Below, in pieces: positions 47,964-58,114 of a stretch of DNA of 64,000 bases. The notes beneath the pieces are model-generated. The model had not been told where the DNA came from. It saw only the letters and a program-made list of their open reading frames with translations, and did not search any database. The number at the start of each line of letters is the position of its first letter. Within the stretch, counting starts at the first letter, position 1. Source of the DNA: Nannocystales bacterium (GTDB lineage: Bacteria; Myxococcota_A; Polyangia; Nannocystales; Nannocystaceae); assembly GCA_050633305.1 (NCBI GenBank), contig JBOEGF010000011.1, forward strand, positions 63,312-127,311, in the 5' to 3' direction. A program made the position numbers and the translations under genes.

Positions 47964-48668
47964 TCAGCGCATGCCCCAGGGGCCCCGTCTAGCCTCCCGC
48001 TCGACGTGCATGGTGGCGCCGGACTTGTTCTTGAGCAGGGCATGCTCCAGGGCGAAGGCCCCTGCGCCTCTTCGAGCGTCAGCACTGGACTCGCGGGTGC
48101 GGCGGACCTCGATTCGGGCGCCGATCAGGGTGCCCAAAGAGTCGTCCACGGCAGCTTTTTCGGTCAACAGGACGACGTGGCTGTTGTGCTGTCGGGCGAG
48201 TCCGAGCAGCCGCCCTTGCCACGCTTCACGACCCGAGGGGGGAGCACCCTGGGTGAAGTCGAGGACGACGATGCCAAACGCTCCGCTGCGCAGGAGCAGC
48301 TCGGCGGCTTTGCACAAAGCGTGTGGCTGAGCGCGAGTGGGGTGGGGCCCACCAGGAAGGGGCACATGGATGACGAGCAGGGCACTCAGGTCGATGCCGC
48401 AGGCGGCGAGGTCGGGGGGGTAGAGGGCACCTCCGCGGGGTTGGATCCACGCGGCCGTTTCGCCAGCCTGCTGCGCATCTCGTAGGACCCGGACCGCGGC
48501 GGAGGTTCGTGCGGTGGCGAGAGGTCCGTTGGGGTCGCCTGAGAGTTCGAGCAAGCGCCCTGGACCCACAGCACCGTAGAGGGTCTGGGGGTCGTCACGC
48601 TGCGGAGGCGCTTCGGCTTGGGAGGACGCACGGGCGACATGCGGCAGGCGAAGCAGCGCAGCGTTCAC
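47964..48668 (-). CDS. imuA: ImuA / RecA-like mutasome accessory protein (myxobacterial type)
   Basis: GRLLELSG, AAWIQ...LYPPDLAACGIDL, AAELLLRSGAFGIVVLD, SLGTL. Confidence 0.85.
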   Translation of the reverse strand: MNAALLRLPHVARASSQAEAPPQRDDPQTLYGAVGPGRLLELSGDPNGPLATARTSAAVRVLRDAQQAGETAAWIQPRGGALYPPDLAACGIDLSALLVIHVPLPGGPHPTRAQPHALCKAAELLLRSGAFGIVVLDFTQGAPPSGREAWQGRLLGLARQHNSHVVLLTEKAAVDDSLGTLIGARIEVRRTRESSADARRGAGAFALEHALLKNKSGATMHVEREARRGPWGMR

Positions 48669-48674
48669 ATGGAC

Positions 48675-48702
48675 ATGGTACTGCCTGCGTGTTCAGTGTC
48701 AA
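48675..48702 (-). promoter_or_regulatory. imuA sigma70-type promoter with LexA box filling the spacer
   Basis: Minus strand TTGACA-[CTGAACACGCAGGCAG]-TACCAT; plus strand CTGCCTGCGTGTTCAG. Confidence 0.8.
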
Positions 48703-48716
48703 TCGTTCGTTTGGAT

Positions 48717-48953
48717 TCACTCGCCTCGTTCCGCCAGCACCGAAACCAGCACGGCATGAATCGCCTTGTCCTCGAGTCCCCGCAGGGTGCCCAGGACGCT
48801 CGCGGTCCAATCTTGCAGGCCGAGCGCGGCGATGCCCGCAGGCGTGAGCGGCACCTCGGTTTCTTTGCGGTACACCGCGCGCAGCAGCGTCCGCAGTCGC
48901 GGTGTTGGCACCTCGCGCAGTCCCACTCCTCGAAGGGCTTGTCCAGACGTCAT
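48717..48953 (-). CDS. Small hypothetical protein (78 aa)
   Basis: Protein-like ORF (GLREVPT..LRTLLRAVY...VLVSVLAER) filling the gap between imuA and the RND genes. Confidence 0.6.
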   Translation of the reverse strand: MTSGQALRGVGLREVPTPRLRTLLRAVYRKETEVPLTPAGIAALGLQDWTASVLGTLRGLEDKAIHAVLVSVLAERGE

Positions 48954-49024
48954 GCGCCGGCATGATGGCGACTTTCGGAGCCGACTGCTAGACCAGCCCT
49001 ACTTCGCTCCCGGCACCCCGCGCC

Positions 49025-50188
49025 ATGACCGTTTTGCCTCGATTGTTCTCGCACCGCGCCGCGCCTTTCCCCGATGTGGGGACGCGCTTTGCACGTGCGT
49101 TCTTCTGTGCGGCCTGTGTGTTGGGAGCCTCCGCGTTCGCGGGCGGTTGCGACAAGACCGAGTCGACCCAACTGGACGAGAAGATTGCGCCCCATGTGCG
49201 CGCCGCTGAGGTCCGTCTGATCGAGCCCAGGCCGCGCTCGCGCCACCTTGCACCGTTGCAGGCCCATCGCCGGGCTCGTCTGTCGCCCCGAACCGGCGGT
49301 CAGGTGCTGGTCCTCAACGCCGACGAAGAGCAGAAGGTCAAAGAGGGCACGACGCTTGTTCGTTTTGCCGCCCAGGATTCCAAAGGCGGTCTGATGTCGG
49401 CCAAGGCGTCCATCTCCCAGGTTCAAGAGAGCCTCTCGGACACCAAGCGTGAACTCGAAGACGCCCGTGACCTGGTGTCGAAAGGCGCCGGGACCACGCG
49501 CGAGGTGGAGCGCCTCGAGAGCCAGATCACCACGCTCAAAGCTCAGCTCAGCAACGCCAAGGGCTCGTTGGTCCAAGCCAAGGACCGGGTGGGGGCGGCC
49601 ACGCTCGTCGCCCCATTCTCCGGCACGATCACGGTGGTCGACACCGAAGTCGGAGAGTTCATGGCTCCGGGCGCTGTGGCGATCGTCTTGGCCGAACTCG
49701 ACCCCATCGCGGTCGAGGTTCCACTCACACAGGCCGAAGTCGAGACCTACGATCGCGAGGGGGGCTTGTCCTTCGAGGTGCAGGCGCGCGGCAAGGCGGT
49801 CGAGGCTGAGCTCGAATACATCTCGAGCGAATCGACCGACGGCTCGACCTTCACCGCCAGGCTCAAGCTCGCCAACCCCGACGAGACGCTACGCAGCGGT
49901 GAGCTGGTGGATGTCGAGGTGTTCGGCGCCGCCCGAGCCAAGGTCACGGCTGTGCCGTTCACCGCGGTTCGGTGGGCAGCCGAGCAGGCCTACGTTCTCC
50001 AGGTTGCCGACGATGGGGCGCTGACCCGCATCGATGTTGTGCTGGTCGACGAGTCTGAAGACGACGTCATCATCGAAGGCGAGCTTCAGGCGGGGATTCG
50101 GGTGGTCGAGACCGGGCCCACCGCGTTGCGGGACGGGGACACCGTCAAGGTCGTAGCGGCGCCGGGCGAGACCCTGGCAGCAGGATGA
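49025..50188 (+). CDS. RND efflux periplasmic adaptor (MFP)
   Basis: LSPRTGGQV, coiled coil, LVAPFSGTI, LRSGE, VPFTAV. Confidence 0.92.
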   Translation: MTVLPRLFSHRAAPFPDVGTRFARAFFCAACVLGASAFAGGCDKTESTQLDEKIAPHVRAAEVRLIEPRPRSRHLAPLQAHRRARLSPRTGGQVLVLNADEEQKVKEGTTLVRFAAQDSKGGLMSAKASISQVQESLSDTKRELEDARDLVSKGAGTTREVERLESQITTLKAQLSNAKGSLVQAKDRVGAATLVAPFSGTITVVDTEVGEFMAPGAVAIVLAELDPIAVEVPLTQAEVETYDREGGLSFEVQARGKAVEAELEYISSESTDGSTFTARLKLANPDETLRSGELVDVEVFGAARAKVTAVPFTAVRWAAEQAYVLQVADDGALTRIDVVLVDESEDDVIIEGELQAGIRVVETGPTALRDGDTVKVVAAPGETLAAG

Positions 50189-50194
50189 CGCCCC

Positions 50195-53100
50195 GTGTTC
50201 GATCGCATCATCAAGCTCTCGATCGGTAACCCGGTCTTCGTCAACCTCGCGTTCCTTCTCGTCGTCGCGGCAGGAACCATCGCGGCGTTCAACCTGCCGC
50301 GCGAGGAGTTCCCCGAGATTTCACTCGACCGCGTCATCGCGACCGTCGTCTACCCCGGCGCGACCGCCGAAGACGTCGAGGAGCTGATCACCAAGCCTAT
50401 CGAGGACGAACTCGACGACGTCAGCGACGTCGACAAGATCGAGTCCACCTCGCAAGAAGGTGTCTCCAGCGTCGTCATCACCTTCCTCGAAGGCACCGAC
50501 CTGGTGACCGCGCGCTCCGAAGTCGAAAAGGCGGTTGCGGCTGTCGATTCGTTTCCCGAGGACGCCGAGAACCCGGTGGTCAAGGAACTCGAGCTCGAGA
50601 TCCCGGTGGTGTCGGTTGCGCTGACCGGAGACCTCAGCGCGACACGGCTCGTGGAGGACATCTCCGAGGCGTTCCGCGATGTGGATGGTGTGGCCGCCGT
50701 CAACCTCAGCGGTGCTTCCGAGCCTCGCATCTTCGTCGACCTCGACGAGCGTCAGCTTCGTGCGTTGCGGCTGCAACCCGCAGCGGTCGCCGCCGCGATT
50801 CGCAGCGCACAGGCAAACGTCCCCGCAGGATCGGTCGAGCTTTCCGGCCAGGACCTCTTCGTCAAGACCGAGAAAAATCTCGAGTCCGCCGCCGACGTCG
50901 CTCGTATTCCGCTCGCCCCCGGTTCGCGCTTGCGCATCGGGGACGTCGCCGACGTGAAGGCGGTGCCCGAACCCAGCGACACCGAGCTGTGGGTCGATGG
51001 TCTCCCCGCAATCAAGCTGACGATCAGTCGCGAGAAGACGGCCGACCCGCTGGGCATCCGTGATGACATCGCGCAGAAGGTCGAGGCTCTGCAGCCCACG
51101 CTGCCTCCCGGCATGCAGCTGTACGTCTCCGACAACTTCACCAACACGATCGACGATCGTCTCGATGTCGTCGCCGTAAACGCCCTAGGAGGGGCGGTGC
51201 TGGTCATCCTCGTGCTCTTGGTGATGTCCGGTTTCCGTCAGGCCGTTCTCGCGGTGTGGGGCATGCCGATCTCATTCTTGATGGCCACGTTCCTGATGGA
51301 CCAAACGGGGCTGAGCATCAACGTCGTCTCGACGTTCGGCTTGCTCATCGCGATCGGGATCATCGTCGACGACGCCATCGTGGTGATCGAGAACGTCCAG
51401 CGCCACATGGAGATGGGCAAGGAGCGGGTCCGTGCCGTCTACGACGGGACCAAGGAAGTCTTGCTGCCGGTGACGGTCGCGGTCACGACCACCTGCTTGG
51501 CGTTTTTCCCTCTGACGATGGTCAGCGGCACGATGGGACGGATCATGAAGATCCTGCCCTTGGTGGTGATCTTCTGCCTCGTCGGCTCGCTGTTCGAAGC
51601 CATCTTCATCTTGCCGGGCCACCTCGCGGAGTTTGGCAAGGCGGGCAAAGAAGGCCGAACCGCGAGGCTTTCGGCCCGCATGCAGGCTGTCTATCGGGTC
51701 CCGTTGCGATGGTGCGTGCGCCACCCGTGGGTCACGTTGTTCCTGGTCGTCCTTGGGTTTGTGGGCACGCTCGGTTTGGCGGCCAACATGCCGTTTCAGG
51801 TCAACGCCCCCGCCAAGCCCTTCGACATCGGGGTGAGCTACGAGATCATGCCGGGCAAATCCCAGGCTCAAACCCGGGCTCAAGGGGACGCGATCGACAC
51901 GATCATTCGCGAGCACATGGGGGAGGCGGTCAAGTCCTCGACCGTGCGCACGGGGAGCTACATCGACGAAGCCAGCGGGCGTAGTTTTGCGGGGGCAAAC
52001 CTCGGCAAGGTCCGAGCCGAGTTTGCGCTCGATGACGCGGCGCTCGCCGCATACCCAGCGATGGTGCGCGAGCTGAGGCTCTACCTCGCGACGAATCCAG
52101 AGCTGGGGTCATTTCGGATCACCGAGAAACAAGCTGGCCCCCCTGCGGGTGCGGCTGTGACCGCCAACGTACGAGGGCGGGACCTCACCAAGGTCAACGC
52201 GGCCGTGGCTGCGGTCAAGAGCGAGCTCGACGACATGGATGGCGTGTTCGACATCCGGGACGACTACGGCTCGGGCAAGGAGACGCTCTCCGTCGAGGTC
52301 GACGCCGATCGTGCGTCGCGCTACGGGCTGACCGAGCGAGACGTTGGCAACGCTGTCCGCTCCACGGTGGATGGCATCACCGCCCTCGAGGTCTCCATCG
52401 ACGAAGAGCAGGTCGACATCGTCGTGCGCTATTCCGGGGGCCAAGCCCGAGGCAAGGAGCGCCTTGCCGACACCGTGATCGCCACACCCAGTGGTGGGGT
52501 TGTCCGGCTGGATCAGCTCGCGAAGATCAACCGCACCCGCGAGGCTGGGTTGATCCGGCGCGAGGATGGACAGCGCACCGTGGCCGTTCTCGCCGACATC
52601 GACACCGAAGTGACGGCACCGCTCAAGGCCGCAGGAGAACTCGAGCAACGTTGGAAAGACAAGCTCGCGTCATCATTCCCCGGTGTTTCACTGTCGTTTG
52701 GCGGCGAGGCCGACGAGTTGCTCAAGAGCCTCGAAGATCTCCCGGGCCTCTTTGGCCTGGCGCTCATCCTGATCTACGGGGTGCTCGCGTTGCAATTTCG
52801 CTCCTACCTCCAGCCGCTGATCATCATCTCGGCAGTCCCGTTTGGGCTCATGGGCGCGATTTTGGGCCTCGCGAGCATGGGGTACGACCTCACGATCTTC
52901 GCCATGTTCGGAATGGTGGCTCTCACAGGCATCGTGGTGAACGACTCGCTGGTGATGATCGACTTCATCAACACGCGGCGTCGCGAGGGTCTGGACATCG
53001 CGGAGGCGGCCGTGGATGGGGCACTCAACCGCCTCAGGCCTATCATTTCGACCACGCTGACGACCTGCCTTGGCCTTCTGCCGATGGCGATCGGGTTTGG

Positions 53101-53320
53101 CGGCCGGGACAACGTCCTCGCACCGATGGCGGTCTCGATCGCGGGTGGATTGTTCGTTGCGACCATTCTCGTCCTGTTGGTCGTCCCCGCGCTGTTCGTG
53201 ATCATCGAACGCATTCGCGGCGACCGAAGTGGGCACATCGATGTGGATGCAGCGCTGGCGGCGGACATCCAACCGACCGACGAGCCGAGCGAAGACGCGC
53301 ACTGTCCCGGCTCGAATTGA
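50195..53320 (+). CDS. RND efflux permease (AcrB/MdtB-like)
   Basis: YPGATAEDVEELIT.PIE, GIIVDDAIVVIEN, GIVVNDSLVM, RLRPIISTTLTT. Confidence 0.96.
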   Translation: MFDRIIKLSIGNPVFVNLAFLLVVAAGTIAAFNLPREEFPEISLDRVIATVVYPGATAEDVEELITKPIEDELDDVSDVDKIESTSQEGVSSVVITFLEGTDLVTARSEVEKAVAAVDSFPEDAENPVVKELELEIPVVSVALTGDLSATRLVEDISEAFRDVDGVAAVNLSGASEPRIFVDLDERQLRALRLQPAAVAAAIRSAQANVPAGSVELSGQDLFVKTEKNLESAADVARIPLAPGSRLRIGDVADVKAVPEPSDTELWVDGLPAIKLTISREKTADPLGIRDDIAQKVEALQPTLPPGMQLYVSDNFTNTIDDRLDVVAVNALGGAVLVILVLLVMSGFRQAVLAVWGMPISFLMATFLMDQTGLSINVVSTFGLLIAIGIIVDDAIVVIENVQRHMEMGKERVRAVYDGTKEVLLPVTVAVTTTCLAFFPLTMVSGTMGRIMKILPLVVIFCLVGSLFEAIFILPGHLAEFGKAGKEGRTARLSARMQAVYRVPLRWCVRHPWVTLFLVVLGFVGTLGLAANMPFQVNAPAKPFDIGVSYEIMPGKSQAQTRAQGDAIDTIIREHMGEAVKSSTVRTGSYIDEASGRSFAGANLGKVRAEFALDDAALAAYPAMVRELRLYLATNPELGSFRITEKQAGPPAGAAVTANVRGRDLTKVNAAVAAVKSELDDMDGVFDIRDDYGSGKETLSVEVDADRASRYGLTERDVGNAVRSTVDGITALEVSIDEEQVDIVVRYSGGQARGKERLADTVIATPSGGVVRLDQLAKINRTREAGLIRREDGQRTVAVLADIDTEVTAPLKAAGELEQRWKDKLASSFPGVSLSFGGEADELLKSLEDLPGLFGLALILIYGVLALQFRSYLQPLIIISAVPFGLMGAILGLASMGYDLTIFAMFGMVALTGIVVNDSLVMIDFINTRRREGLDIAEAAVDGALNRLRPIISTTLTTCLGLLPMAIGFGGRDNVLAPMAVSIAGGLFVATILVLLVVPALFVIIERIRGDRSGHIDVDAALAADIQPTDEPSEDAHCPGSN

Positions 53321-53360
53321 CGGCGTGTCGTCGGGGAGACCCCCTGGTACTCTTTGAACA

Positions 53361-56156
53361 GTGGTCAACCTGACCCAGACCGATGTTTCGGTCGAGCGCA
53401 GCGTCATCGCGAAGCCGACGCTGCATCTCGAGCGCGGTGCATCGGTCGGTCGGTACGTCATCCTCGATGTTGTCGGGGAGGGCGGGATGGGGATCGTCTA
53501 CGCGGCGTACGACCCCGAGCTCGACCGCAAGCTCGCGCTGAAACTTCTGCGCACCGCGTCCACCGAGCGCCGGGCGGAGCGCCGCCGATTGCGCCTGATT
53601 CGCGAGGCTCAGGCGATGGCTCGGCTGTCGCACGCGCACGTCATCACAGTCCACGACGTGGGCACCATCGACGACCAGGTGTTCGTCGCGATGGAGTTCA
53701 TCGAAGGCTGCTCGCTGGCCGAATGGATTCGGATGGACCACGGGTGGCGGCCGATCGTCGACACCTTCGTCCAGGCGGGCGAGGGGCTTGCCGCCGCGCA
53801 TGCCGCCGGGCTTGTGCACCGGGACTTCAAGCCGGACAACGTCATGCTCACCGCGGAGTACCGCGCGGTCGTGACGGACTTCGGGCTCGCCAGGGCGGCC
53901 GGCCGGCGTGACCCGTCGGAGAGCCGAGATGCCGAGGGGCTTGGCAACCCGTCGCGCGCGTCGCTGAGCACCACGGTCACGGCCGCGGGCGCCATCATGG
54001 GGACGCCCGCGTACATGTCCCCGGAGCAGCACGAAGGTCGGGATGTGGATGCGCGCAGCGACCAGTTCGCGTTCGCCGTCGCTCTGTACGAGGCGTTGTT
54101 TGGCGTCCGACCCTTCCCTGGTGATGATGTCGCTTCGTTGGCCTACAACGTCGGGGCCGGCAACATTCGCCCCGCGCCGTCTCGAACCAGTGTTCCGGGT
54201 TGGGTTCGCCAAGTCCTGCTCAAAGCCCTGTCGGTCAGCCCGTCCGAACGCTATCCGTCGATGGTCGAGATGCTCGAGGCCCTGCGCCGTGAGGGGTCCG
54301 GAAGACGAGCCTGGCCTTGGGCCACGATCGGGGTGGTCGGAATGGTTGTGGCCGGTGGGGCCGCCGGGTTCCTGCTCGAAGACGGAGATGACCCATGTCG
54401 CGGGGGTGCCTCGCAGCTCGAAGCGGTGTTGGGCCCCGACGCGCGCGAGCCTGTACAGGCGGTGTTCATCAACTCTCCACTCCCGTTTGCTGGCCACGGG
54501 TGGGCGGCGGTCGACGACACCCTCAGCGCATACGCCCAGACCTGGCTCGACGCACACAGCGAGGTCTGCCGTGCGCCCGACACCGCACCTGCGGCGCTGT
54601 CAGCCAGTCGCGCTGCCTGTCTGGAGCGTCGGCTGGGCGACGTGGATGCGGTGCTCACCGTGCTTGCCCAAGGTGACCCGCGCGCGCTTCAGCGTGGTCT
54701 TGAAGCCGTGAGCGAGTTGCCGTCTCCGGAGCGGTGCCTGACCGCACCCGCCGCATCCGAGTCGTCCGCGGCTGCAGTCTCTTTGTACGGCGACCTGGCT
54801 CGCGTTGCCGCGTTGCAACGGGCTGGTTTGGCGGACGAAGGTCTACAGGCCGCTCGAGAGTTGGCCGAACGAGCATCGCTCACCGACGATCTCGGGCTTC
54901 AAGCCGAGGCGCGAGTGCGGCTGGCTTCGCTTCAACACAAGGCCTCCCGGCTCGAGCTGGCCGAGTTCAATTTCAAGGAAGCCCTTGGGCTAGCGTTGCA
55001 GTCGAGTAACGACCCGTTTGCTGCCGACGCAGCGGTGGCGCTTGTCGGCATCATCGGTGCCGATCCTCAGCGTACGCGTGAGGCCGAGGGGTGGGCAGGC
55101 GTCGCGGCGGCGCTTCAGGAGCGTGCGGGCGCTTCGGTGACCGAGCGCGCTGCACTCCTCGTTGCGCGGGCGCAGCTCCTGGAAGTCTCCGGGCGCTTGG
55201 ATGCCGCTCGCCGTCCGCTGCAAGAAGCCGCAGACCTCCTCGAGGAAGCCTTTGGGCAGGACGATGCCCGTGTCGCGGCCGCCTGGGCATCGCTGGGTCA
55301 CAGGGCGCTGCGGGCACGCGATCCTGCCGCCGCGGGCCCTCTGTTCGAGCGTGCGCTGGCGGTGGTCGAGGGCGCACTCGGACCTGAGCACCCTCGAACC
55401 GCGACGCTCATGCACGCTCTGGGAGAGGTCGCGTTGCTGGAGGGGAATCTCGAGCAGGCCGCCGAGGGCTTGCAGGCGGCGTTGCAGGTGCGCGTGAAGG
55501 TCGGGGACCCCACACCACGTGCAGAGACGATGCTGTTACAGGCGTTTGTCGATATGGCCCGTGGCGACCTCGACGGTGCCGAGGAGACGCTCGATACGGT
55601 GAGCGGCCTCGACGGATTGTCGTACGCGCTCAAGGGACGAGCCTCGGTTGAGCTCGCTCGTCTGGCACTCCGCCGCGGCAACCCCCAGCACGCCGTTCGA
55701 GCTGCCCGGTCGAGTCGGACCTCCCTCGGCGGTCCCCAGACGCAGGATGAACGCTGGGGACTCGATGCGGTCATCGCAGCCGCCGTGCTTCGTCAAGGAC
55801 GGCTCGATGAAGCGGAAACGCTGATCAACAAGACCATCGCGGCGCTTGAACGGCGGGAGGGCGACGCCGTCGCAGCGCTCGCCGAGCCGCTGACTGTTCG
55901 AGGCGAGTTGCTGCTGGAGCGAGCGCTTCCGGCTCGCGCGTTGGGAGACCTCGAGCGTGCCCTCGCGCTGCGGACGGCGCTCGACGCCTACGGCACCGCG
56001 CGTACGGAGTTCGCGTTGGCCCAGGCGCTTGTGGCCGTCGACCCCGAGTCCAGTCGCGCGACGGAGCTGGCCCGACAAGCGCTCGCACGACTCTCGGTCC
56101 GGGAGCCGCTGCACGCCGACGTGCATCAGTGGCTCGACGGAAGCCCGTCCCACTAG
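53361..56156 (+). CDS. Ser/Thr protein kinase with TM segment and TPR repeats
   Basis: GEGGMGIVY, ALK, HRDFKPDN, DFGLA, GTPAYMSPE; LGPEHPRTA TPRs. Confidence 0.96.
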   Translation: MVNLTQTDVSVERSVIAKPTLHLERGASVGRYVILDVVGEGGMGIVYAAYDPELDRKLALKLLRTASTERRAERRRLRLIREAQAMARLSHAHVITVHDVGTIDDQVFVAMEFIEGCSLAEWIRMDHGWRPIVDTFVQAGEGLAAAHAAGLVHRDFKPDNVMLTAEYRAVVTDFGLARAAGRRDPSESRDAEGLGNPSRASLSTTVTAAGAIMGTPAYMSPEQHEGRDVDARSDQFAFAVALYEALFGVRPFPGDDVASLAYNVGAGNIRPAPSRTSVPGWVRQVLLKALSVSPSERYPSMVEMLEALRREGSGRRAWPWATIGVVGMVVAGGAAGFLLEDGDDPCRGGASQLEAVLGPDAREPVQAVFINSPLPFAGHGWAAVDDTLSAYAQTWLDAHSEVCRAPDTAPAALSASRAACLERRLGDVDAVLTVLAQGDPRALQRGLEAVSELPSPERCLTAPAASESSAAAVSLYGDLARVAALQRAGLADEGLQAARELAERASLTDDLGLQAEARVRLASLQHKASRLELAEFNFKEALGLALQSSNDPFAADAAVALVGIIGADPQRTREAEGWAGVAAALQERAGASVTERAALLVARAQLLEVSGRLDAARRPLQEAADLLEEAFGQDDARVAAAWASLGHRALRARDPAAAGPLFERALAVVEGALGPEHPRTATLMHALGEVALLEGNLEQAAEGLQAALQVRVKVGDPTPRAETMLLQAFVDMARGDLDGAEETLDTVSGLDGLSYALKGRASVELARLALRRGNPQHAVRAARSSRTSLGGPQTQDERWGLDAVIAAAVLRQGRLDEAETLINKTIAALERREGDAVAALAEPLTVRGELLLERALPARALGDLERALALRTALDAYGTARTEFALAQALVAVDPESSRATELARQALARLSVREPLHADVHQWLDGSPSH

Positions 56157-56339
56157 CCAGGCAAAGCTGCCCACGCTTCTCGTGCCCATTCCTGTCGCCT
56201 CTGTGGCGGCTCGAGCGATCAGCCGCCAGGTGGAGACCGTCGCCCCTCGCACGGCCGGGGTTGGCCGCACGAAGTGTTGTTTCCGTTTTTCTTGCGCTTC
56301 AGCTGCGCCTCGCCGGCTTGTGGTTCCGTCTGGTACCCG

Positions 56340-58028
56340 ATGGAACGAAAGCATCTCGGTAGCCTGCTCCTGTGCGCCGCGCTGGCAGGCGCGTGCGGGC
56401 CAGAAGTCGGCCTTCTCGCCCATTCCGCGGCGGGGACTGGCGATACGGGGGGAGCGGCTTCCGGCGAAGGCGGCTGGACTTCCGGGACGACGGGGAGCCC
56501 GGATCCGTCGGCTGACGATGACTCCGCAGGATCCGGCACGCACAGTGATAGCGGGTCGACAACCGGTGACGAAGGCAAGCAGACCGACGGCGCGCAGGAC
56601 TGCGCGGGCGTCCCCAATGGCCAGGCTCGGGAGGACAGCTGCGGGATCTGTAACGACGATCCGACTGACGATTGCGTGCAAGACTGCGCGGGCGAGTGGG
56701 GCGGACGTGCGTCCCTCGATGCATGCGGTACGTGTGACGCCGACCCCACGAACGACGACCTGGTGGTTCTTGTCGACCCTGGGCTCGAGTCTGCGATTCG
56801 GTTGGAAGCGGGGCTGCCCGAGGGGGACATCCGGTTTGCAGATGTCGAGGGGATCAGCCACCTGGACGCGGGAGGCTTCGGAGTTGGATCACTGGAGGGG
56901 CTGGGTTGCCTCGTCAACCTCGAGCACCTCGACCTCCGCTCGAACTGGATTGTGGACCTCGAACCGCTCGCATCTCTGCCGAATCTCAGGTCCATAGACC
57001 TGGCGAGGAACGACATTGTTGATGTCTCCCCGCTGAGTGAACTGGGCGAGTTGTTGGAGTTGGACCTCTCTTCCAACGTCATTGCGGAGACATCGGCGCT
57101 CGGCGGGCTGGATGGGTTGCAGGAGCTGAATCTCTCCAGCAATCAGATTCTCGATGCGGGTCCCATCGGCTCGATCTCCAGTCTCACGGCCTTGGATCTG
57201 AGCAGCAACAGCATCACAGACGTGGTGCCCGTCGCATCTCTCCCCAATCTCCTCAGTCTCGATCTCTCCTACAACAGTGTTGGGGCCAGTCTGGTCGAGC
57301 TGGCCCCGCTGGCTCCGCATCTCAACGTTCTTGTTCTTCGCGGAACGGATACCGGCGATGTGTCGCCGCTGAGCGGGTTTTCGAATCTCGTGGTGCTGAA
57401 CCTTGTGGGGAACGAGGTCGTCGATGCGGCACCGCTAGCATCGCTGGGGAGCCTTGAAGTGCTGGTGTTGTTCGACAACGACGTTAGCGACATTGCCCCC
57501 ATTGGGGCTCTGGTGGGGTTGCTCGAACTCGATATTGGCTCGAACGGGGTTGTCGACATCGCCCCGCTGGCCCCGCTGGCGAACTTGCAAGAGCTGCACG
57601 CAGAGTTCAACAGCATCGTGGACATTAGCGTCCTGAACTCGATGACCTCCCTGGAGTTCGCGTGGCTGGGGAACAACGCAATCACGGGGGAATTTCCACC
57701 GCTCAATGCACTCGAAAACCTCGAGGGGTTGATCGTATTCGAGAACAGCATTGTCGACGTGAGCGCATTCGCGGCTCTGGAAGGACTGCAGGTGGGGTTG
57801 AACCTTGACGGCAACCACATCGTCGACATCACCCCACTGGGGGCACTCGAGAACATCGGCCATCTCGCTCTACGGTCGAACGACATCACCGACATCACCG
57901 CGCTCGTGCCTCTGACGGACGCATTCTCGTTCTACCTCGAGGGCAACCCTCTGGATTGCGCTGGGCAGGCTGCGAACGTGGCCGCGATCGAAGCGAACGG
58001 CACGTCGGTCTCCTGGGATTGTCGGTGA
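56340..58028 (+). CDS. Internalin-like leucine-rich-repeat lipoprotein
   Basis: Lipobox AGAC; DCAG..D.CG.C repeats; DPGLESAIR cap; 22-aa LxxLxLxxNxIxDxxPL repeats; LEGNPLDC. Confidence 0.9.
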   Translation: MERKHLGSLLLCAALAGACGPEVGLLAHSAAGTGDTGGAASGEGGWTSGTTGSPDPSADDDSAGSGTHSDSGSTTGDEGKQTDGAQDCAGVPNGQAREDSCGICNDDPTDDCVQDCAGEWGGRASLDACGTCDADPTNDDLVVLVDPGLESAIRLEAGLPEGDIRFADVEGISHLDAGGFGVGSLEGLGCLVNLEHLDLRSNWIVDLEPLASLPNLRSIDLARNDIVDVSPLSELGELLELDLSSNVIAETSALGGLDGLQELNLSSNQILDAGPIGSISSLTALDLSSNSITDVVPVASLPNLLSLDLSYNSVGASLVELAPLAPHLNVLVLRGTDTGDVSPLSGFSNLVVLNLVGNEVVDAAPLASLGSLEVLVLFDNDVSDIAPIGALVGLLELDIGSNGVVDIAPLAPLANLQELHAEFNSIVDISVLNSMTSLEFAWLGNNAITGEFPPLNALENLEGLIVFENSIVDVSAFAALEGLQVGLNLDGNHIVDITPLGALENIGHLALRSNDITDITALVPLTDAFSFYLEGNPLDCAGQAANVAAIEANGTSVSWDCR

Positions 58029-58114
58029 GCACGGCACCGCTGCGCGCCTGACCGACGACTCGTTGGGTCGCCAAGAGGGCCGTGAGGCCCTGGATGTTTC
58101 CCCGGCGACGAGCC

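Noticed and set aside
47964..48668. A true recA gene
   Set aside because: Too short and lacks the intact Walker A (GPESSGKT); fits ImuA given nearby imuB and dnaE2
49025..53320. RND pump lacking an outer-membrane factor as a novelty, or as the exporter for the MNIO product
   Set aside because: Two-gene RND operons using a distal TolC are common; it lies about 20 kb from the MNIO genes and the precursor has its own lipoprotein signal
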